From the NCBI GenBank assembly GCA_963809485.1, contig CAWEJX010000017.1:64001-128000 (forward strand): DNA of 64,000 bases. Reading direction: 5' to 3'. Position 1 is the stretch's first letter; every line of letters starts with the position of its first letter. Shown piece by piece: positions 58,872-64,000 of this stretch. This DNA comes from an uncultured Acidobacteriota bacterium. Lineage in GTDB: Bacteria; Acidobacteriota; UBA6911. The notes under the pieces are model-generated. The model saw only the letters and a list, made by a program, of their open reading frames with translations, made no database searches and was not told where the DNA came from. Position numbers and translations under genes: made by a program.

Positions 58872-58986
58872 GAGTCTTTTGATTAGAAAGTTTACACGAT
58901 AAAATCGTGCGCACCTGAGCTATTTCGCTTTAAAAAGAATGTTTTGAGATCGTATAATGCCTCGTTTGAACTAATGATCAACCCGA

Positions 58987-59757
58987 TTGAGGTCCAGCGA
59001 CGTGGCCGACGCGAACAAGCCCCTCCCAAAAAAGTCCAAACACTTCTCCGATGACATGATCCACAATTGCCTTGCGACCATGGAATCGGGCGACATCGAA
59101 GATCTGTTTGAAATCATCCCGCGGATCGGCGTTCTGCGCGATCCGAGTTTCAGCCAGCCGCTTTTGTCTCTTCTGGAGCATCGCGATATCAGGCGGCGGG
59201 AATTTGCCGCTTACGCCATGGGCGCCATAGGAAGCAGAAAATTCGTCGGGCCCCTCAAGAAAGCATTCCTGGAGACGCGGAAGCTTAAAGGATTTGGCGC
59301 CCAGGATCTGCAGATCGCCATCATCGAGGCTATCGGGGTCATTGGCGATGATGCGGCCGTGGAATTCTTCCTTCCGGTCCTGAAAACCTGCTGTGCCACG
59401 ATGGCTTCCCGCGAACAAAAAGGCACGGGAAAAAATGCGGAAAGAATGTGCAAATGGATCATCGAATCCCTGGGTGCAATCGCCCAGCAGGGCGGGCCGC
59501 GATCCCTGGATGCTTTGCTTGAGCTCACATCCCACCCGAACCCGGAGATTCAGGCTCAGGCGCTTTCGGAAATTTCCGTGGCATTCTGGCACAGGCCGAA
59601 CGAAGTGGACGACTCCACGCTGCAGAGAATTTACGAGCTTACCACTCACCGGGAAGCAGCGGTCGCGGATTCAGCGCTGGCCGCCCTGCAAAACCTTGCG
59701 GACGTCGGCTGCGCCAAAGCGGAAGCTATGTTCGCCACCTCTGAAGAAGAGGATTAA
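58987..59757 (+). CDS. HEAT-repeat (PBS lyase-like) protein
   Basis: RREFAAYAMGAIG, AIIEAIGVIGD, IIESLGAI, ALAAL; start codon uncertain. Confidence 0.8.
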   Translation: MRSSDVADANKPLPKKSKHFSDDMIHNCLATMESGDIEDLFEIIPRIGVLRDPSFSQPLLSLLEHRDIRRREFAAYAMGAIGSRKFVGPLKKAFLETRKLKGFGAQDLQIAIIEAIGVIGDDAAVEFFLPVLKTCCATMASREQKGTGKNAERMCKWIIESLGAIAQQGGPRSLDALLELTSHPNPEIQAQALSEISVAFWHRPNEVDDSTLQRIYELTTHREAAVADSALAALQNLADVGCAKAEAMFATSEEED

Positions 59758-59994
59758 GCCCCGGTCCCAGCCTGGTTCCCTGGCGTATATTTCCTTATTT
59801 CTCGCCGAATTCCGTATTCGCTTATCGGACGGCTCTGGAGAGCCCGTCCGCACTGGGCTTAGGACAGATATAGGGATTGTCTTTCGTGGCTTTCGTGTGT
59901 TTTGTATCGGGAGTTTTCAGGCCAAAACAGAGGGAGGCTCAAACGTTGGTAAGGGGGACGGCTGATTGCGGCCGTCCCCCGGAAAGCACGGGCA

Positions 59995-61011
59995 CTACTT
60001 TTTAACTGACACCTCGAGGGCTTTGATAATTTCCTTTGCCACTTCAATCTGATCCGGCTTTTGCCCGATCTGTAAGTACTTCTGCAGGGCTTTGATTGCA
60101 TCCGGCATGGTTTCTGTTTTGCCCGACAGGCACATCCCGAGCTGGTAGTAGGCTTCGGCGAAATTGGGATCCGCGGCGATGGCCTGCTTGAAGGATTCTG
60201 CGGCTTCCACTGTTTTGCCGTTGTTCACGAGCGTGGCGCCGATATTGTAAAAGCTCTGCGCGGACGCACCAGGATTCAAGCTCGCCGCTTTTTTGAATGC
60301 CGCCTGCGATTCTTCATTTTTCCCCATTTTGCTCAGTATGACTCCCAGGTTTGTTTGCAGAGCTGCGTCATTCGGACTTATGGCAACGGCTTTCTGGTAG
60401 AGCGCCAGAGCCTCTTCGTTTTTATCCATTTTTGAATAGCTATCCGCCATGTTGCCAAGGATGTTGGGCTGTTCGGGATCCCTCTCGAGAGCCTTCTTGT
60501 ATTCCTCAACCGCCTCGGCATGCTTCCCTTCCTGAGCCAGCTTAAGGCCGGAGTCGAAAAAAGCCTGGACCTCCGCCGAGGTCTCCTTCCTCTTTTCAGC
60601 CTTCTCCATTTCCTTCTTGAGCTGCTCGATTTCCTGGTCCGACAGCTCGAAGGGAAGCTTTGCATCCGCACCTGGAGTCAACTTCAGATCGATCACGCTT
60701 TCAGCCGAAATGTTGGGACGCACCGATGGAACATAGCTTGGCATAAAGCCCTGCGCGCGAACAACAACCCGGTATTCCCCGGCCGGAAGCCCCATATAAA
60801 TATATGTGCCCTTCTTGTCGGTTTTAGTGTTGAACTGGCGGGTTTTCGAGTCGGTCGCCTGAATCGAAACCTGGGCCCCGACTACGGGCTCACCTTTTTC
60901 GTCCGTCACCTTGCCTTTGATAAGCCGGTTCTGTGCCATGGCCGGCAAAGCCAGCGCGAAGACGACCAAACAAACTGCAAAAAAACCCACCTTCCGCGAA
61001 GAGATATGCAT
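59995..61011 (-). CDS. Secreted carboxypeptidase-regulatory-like domain + TPR protein
   Basis: Signal peptide; I.GKVTD..G.PV.GA.V, TD.KG.Y...GLP.G.Y; multiple TPRs. Confidence 0.9.
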   Translation of the reverse strand: MHISSRKVGFFAVCLVVFALALPAMAQNRLIKGKVTDEKGEPVVGAQVSIQATDSKTRQFNTKTDKKGTYIYMGLPAGEYRVVVRAQGFMPSYVPSVRPNISAESVIDLKLTPGADAKLPFELSDQEIEQLKKEMEKAEKRKETSAEVQAFFDSGLKLAQEGKHAEAVEEYKKALERDPEQPNILGNMADSYSKMDKNEEALALYQKAVAISPNDAALQTNLGVILSKMGKNEESQAAFKKAASLNPGASAQSFYNIGATLVNNGKTVEAAESFKQAIAADPNFAEAYYQLGMCLSGKTETMPDAIKALQKYLQIGQKPDQIEVAKEIIKALEVSVKK

Positions 61012-61065
61012 GGGACCTCCTTACAATTCCCCTATGTAAATTGCACCTCTAATAGAAAACACCCT

Positions 61066-61094
61066 ATTCTAGGAGGCATTAAACCTCATGTCAA
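61066..61094 (-). promoter_or_regulatory. Putative sigma70 promoter
   Basis: Minus strand TTGACA-17 bp-TAGAAT, 55 nt upstream of ATG 61011. Confidence 0.65.
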
Positions 61095-61216
61095 CAAACC
61101 TGGGATGTTTTTCCCGGGATTCCTGCACAAGGTTGACCTCCCCGCGGCTCCGGGCCGCCTTCGAGATTTGAAGTCCAACGCTTCAAGCTCTCGTCCAACT
61201 CCCATGAGATAGATTC

Positions 61217-63163
61217 CTAATTTTGCAGGAAGTTGCAAATTTTAATGGAATCATGCGTGAGAGGCGCCGGAGGCAGGCTTTGGAGAAACACCCTCCCGTA
61301 GCTCTTGGTCAATATCCGCTTGTCCAGCAAGGCCAGGATTCCCCGGTCCGTTTTGCTGCGTATAAGCCGGCCCAATCCCTGTTTCAGCAAAATGGTGGCG
61401 GTAGGGATCTGATAGTCATAAAAAGCGTTTCCGCCGGATTCGTTGATCTGCGCAATGCGGGCAGCCACGACGGGATCGCTGGGCACCGAGAAGGGGAGTT
61501 TATCCACGACCACGCAACTCAGCTGTTCCCCCTGGACGTCGACGCCCTGCCAGAAGCTGCTCGTGGCAAACAAAACCGCATGAGGGGTGCTCCTGAAGGA
61601 TTCCAACAAGGCGGACTTGCTCTTTTCGCCCTGGATCATCACCGGGAAGGGCAGACGGCTTTTCAGCACCTGGTGGACCTGCTCCATCTGGCTGTAGCTG
61701 GTGAATAGAACAAAGGCGCGTCCACGGCTGGCATCCAGGATCATCTCGAGTTCCTGGCAGGCGCGCTTCACCCAGCCTTCTTCGCGCGGTTCGGGAATAT
61801 TCCGGGGGACGTAGAAAACAGCCTGGCGGGCAAAATCAAAATGGGACGGGACAATGAGTTCGCCGGCGTCATCAAGGCCGAGGCGGGCCTTAACGAAAGA
61901 AAAATTGCCTCCCGTCGAGAGGGTAGCGGATGTCAGGATCGCGGATTCGACGCATGAGAAAAGCCGGTCTTTAAGAAGCGCGGATATATTGATGGGCGAG
62001 GCCCAGAGAAAGATGCCCCTCCCACGTATCTCGCACCAGTACACGTGTTCCCTGGAGTCGGCCTCCAGTATTGCCGCCAGGTCGCCCTGCAATTCCATGC
62101 TTCTGCGTATCAGGGCTTCAATGCCGTCGCTCTGAACCGGGATATTGGCCAGCGAGCTCTTAACCACATCCAGCTGAACGCGCAGCGCCCGGTAATCGTC
62201 ACTGATAATATCGGTGCCGGAAGGTCCGCGGCGTGTGCCGCTTCCCGGGCCAAGCGGCTGAAGCGCGTACCGCCCTTCCCTGCTTTGGAACTGCGCAAAG
62301 AACTCCCTGGAGCGCTCCGCCAGCTTTTCGATCTGACCGGATAAAAACGCAGAGGAGGAGCCTGTTTCCGCAAGCACCCGGTCTATGTCGCGCACGAGTT
62401 CCTCGATTCGATAGTTGCTGACCATCACGCCAAAGTACTGTGTGGCAACATCCTCGATCTCATGCGCCTCATCAAAAACCAGGACCGAGTAATCCGGCAG
62501 AACCGATCCGAAATCCCCCTGACGCAAAGCCAGGTCGGCAAAGAACAAATGGTGATTCACGATAACGATATCCGACTCCAGCGCTTTCTGGCGGACCCTC
62601 GTGATGAAACATGCTTCAAAATTACGGCATTTCTGACCTGCGCACGTTTCGCGGCGGGCGTCCAGATGATGCCAGAGGAGCATGTCCTCGGGAAGCTCGG
62701 ATAATTCCGCCCGATCGCCCGTGTCGGTCCTTTGCGCCCATTTTTTGATCACCTTTATGTATTTCGGGTCGTGCGGGGAAAACAAATAAGCCTCGCCGTC
62801 GATTTCCTCGAGCCGGTTCCAGCAGAGATAATTGCTCCGGCCTTTCATGTAGCAGATCGAGAGCTTGCGTCCCAGGGCTTTTTCAAGGAACGGGATGTCC
62901 TTGTAAAACAGCTGTTCCTGAAGGTTTTTTGTAGCCGTGGAAATGACGACCCGCTTGTCGGAAAAAATGGCCGGAATCAGATAGGCCAGGGTTTTGCCGG
63001 TGCCGGTTCCCGCCTCGACACAGAGGTGGTGATTCTGCTCAATGGCATCTGCGACCCCTTGCGCCATTTGTATCTGCCCTGGACGGTATTCATAGAAGGG
63101 ATGATTTGCGGCAATGGCGCCGTTGGTCCCCAGTATCCGCTCCAGTTCATCGCATGAAATCAT
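61217..63163 (-). CDS. ATP-dependent DNA helicase, DinG/YoaA family
   Basis: RPGQ, EAGTGTGKT, KGRSNYLC, Fe-S Cys residues, VNHHL, DEAH, TSATL, FWQGVDV, QG.GRLIR. Confidence 0.95.
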   Translation of the reverse strand: MISCDELERILGTNGAIAANHPFYEYRPGQIQMAQGVADAIEQNHHLCVEAGTGTGKTLAYLIPAIFSDKRVVISTATKNLQEQLFYKDIPFLEKALGRKLSICYMKGRSNYLCWNRLEEIDGEAYLFSPHDPKYIKVIKKWAQRTDTGDRAELSELPEDMLLWHHLDARRETCAGQKCRNFEACFITRVRQKALESDIVIVNHHLFFADLALRQGDFGSVLPDYSVLVFDEAHEIEDVATQYFGVMVSNYRIEELVRDIDRVLAETGSSSAFLSGQIEKLAERSREFFAQFQSREGRYALQPLGPGSGTRRGPSGTDIISDDYRALRVQLDVVKSSLANIPVQSDGIEALIRRSMELQGDLAAILEADSREHVYWCEIRGRGIFLWASPINISALLKDRLFSCVESAILTSATLSTGGNFSFVKARLGLDDAGELIVPSHFDFARQAVFYVPRNIPEPREEGWVKRACQELEMILDASRGRAFVLFTSYSQMEQVHQVLKSRLPFPVMIQGEKSKSALLESFRSTPHAVLFATSSFWQGVDVQGEQLSCVVVDKLPFSVPSDPVVAARIAQINESGGNAFYDYQIPTATILLKQGLGRLIRSKTDRGILALLDKRILTKSYGRVFLQSLPPAPLTHDSIKICNFLQN

Positions 63164-63279
63164 GTTCCGGTGAATCTCCCGGTTTAGAGTTTAGCGCATT
63201 GATGCCCTGAACACGAAAAATTCGTGGAATTCTTGTCTTTTTCAGAGTTTAGGTGCTGTATCCTTCATCCGGAGGGGCT

Positions 63280-63852
63280 ATGGATCTCAACAATCCCGAA
63301 ACAACCGTTCTCCGCCACGAGGAGATTTATCGCGGGAAAATCGTTGCGCTTCATGTGGATACTATTCAGCAGGCTTCGGGAAGGACTACCATCCGGGAGG
63401 TTGTCAAACACCCTGGGGGAGTTACGGCGGTTCCGGTGCTCGACGATGGCCGCATTCTCCTGATCCGTCAGTTTCGCTATCCGATCGGGAAATTCATACT
63501 TGAGCTTCCTGCAGGCAAACTGGACAGCGGCCAGCCGCCTCTGGAAACCATGGCGCGCGAGCTCGAGGAGGAAATCGGCCATCAGGCCGGCAGTTTGACG
63601 TATCTATGCTCTTTCTATACTACTCCCGGCATCAGCGACGAACTGATCCATTTTTTTGTTGCGCGCAAACTCACACCCTGTCCCCAACGCCTGGAGGAAG
63701 GCGAACACATTACGGTTGAGGCCTATTCTCCGGAGGAATGCCTAGAAAAGATGAGGACGGGAGAAATCCGCGACGGCAAAACCATCCTGGGCATCCTCTG
63801 GTATCAGAATCACTCCCTGCTTGAACCCGGTTCTCCATCCGGTCCGAAGTAA
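63280..63852 (+). CDS. NUDIX hydrolase, ADP-ribose pyrophosphatase-like
   Basis: REVVKHPGGV, QFRYP, ELPAGKLD, ARELEEEIG, TPG.S.E, DGKTI. Confidence 0.92.
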   Translation: MDLNNPETTVLRHEEIYRGKIVALHVDTIQQASGRTTIREVVKHPGGVTAVPVLDDGRILLIRQFRYPIGKFILELPAGKLDSGQPPLETMARELEEEIGHQAGSLTYLCSFYTTPGISDELIHFFVARKLTPCPQRLEEGEHITVEAYSPEECLEKMRTGEIRDGKTILGILWYQNHSLLEPGSPSGPK

Positions 63853-64000
63853 GTATCCTCGGGCAGAGCCGGCTTTCTTGTTGTTAGCCCCTCAAAGGGG
63901 CTCGATCCCAGCCGATGAAAGATAATTGAAGCTTCATGCGCCATGGATATCTTTGAGGCTTTTTGAACCGCAGAATGTCGAATAATAAATTTCGAATCTC
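63850..64000 (-). mobile_element. Second copy of the 22810-type IS200/IS605-derived element (runs off the window)
   Basis: GTATCCTC.GGCAGAGCCGG...GCCCCTCAAAG.GGC...CATGCGC...GAACCGCAGAATGTCGAATAA shared with 22810-22950. Confidence 0.7.

Overview
Gene-dense, GC-rich bacterial chromosomal segment, most likely from an anaerobic or facultative Acidobacteriota genome. This assignment is inferred from an acidobacterial-type VWA protein, an Ig-repeat lipoprotein, a carboxypeptidase-regulatory/TPR protein and a small secreted IPFxF protein. The right third (48.4-64 kb) is housekeeping: tRNA-Phe, DUF72, SAM hydrolase, cysteine desulfurase, RNase D, a two-component system, dtd, a DinG/YoaA helicase and a NUDIX hydrolase. 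The left and centre are accessory redox and envelope genes: hemerythrin plus a NifA-like sigma54 activator, an AprAB-like flavoprotein/ferredoxin pair, transhydrogenase, a HybA/HybB(NrfD)/GcvH-like module, a hexaheme cytochrome and a Tat-exported DUF362 protein. The strongest hidden signal is at 20.7-28.1 kb. Two ORFs split by an in-frame TGA (26761-26763, G-U-W-G-C, followed by a SECIS-like hairpin) form one 587-aa signal-peptide-bearing UGSC-family selenoprotein. It is divergent from a Tat-exported 4x[4Fe-4S] protein and two atypical AOR-family (W/Mo-pterin) enzymes that carry a Cys where classical AORs have EYE, suggesting an undescribed periplasmic Se + W/Mo redox system. Intergenic DNA is full of non-autonomous IS200/IS605-type elements with interchangeable micro-repeat cores and REP-like palindromes. 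Four genes are visibly broken: pilW/pilX-like, rluA-like, carboxylesterase and a cupin-like gene. All product calls come from motif recognition only; no database searches were run.
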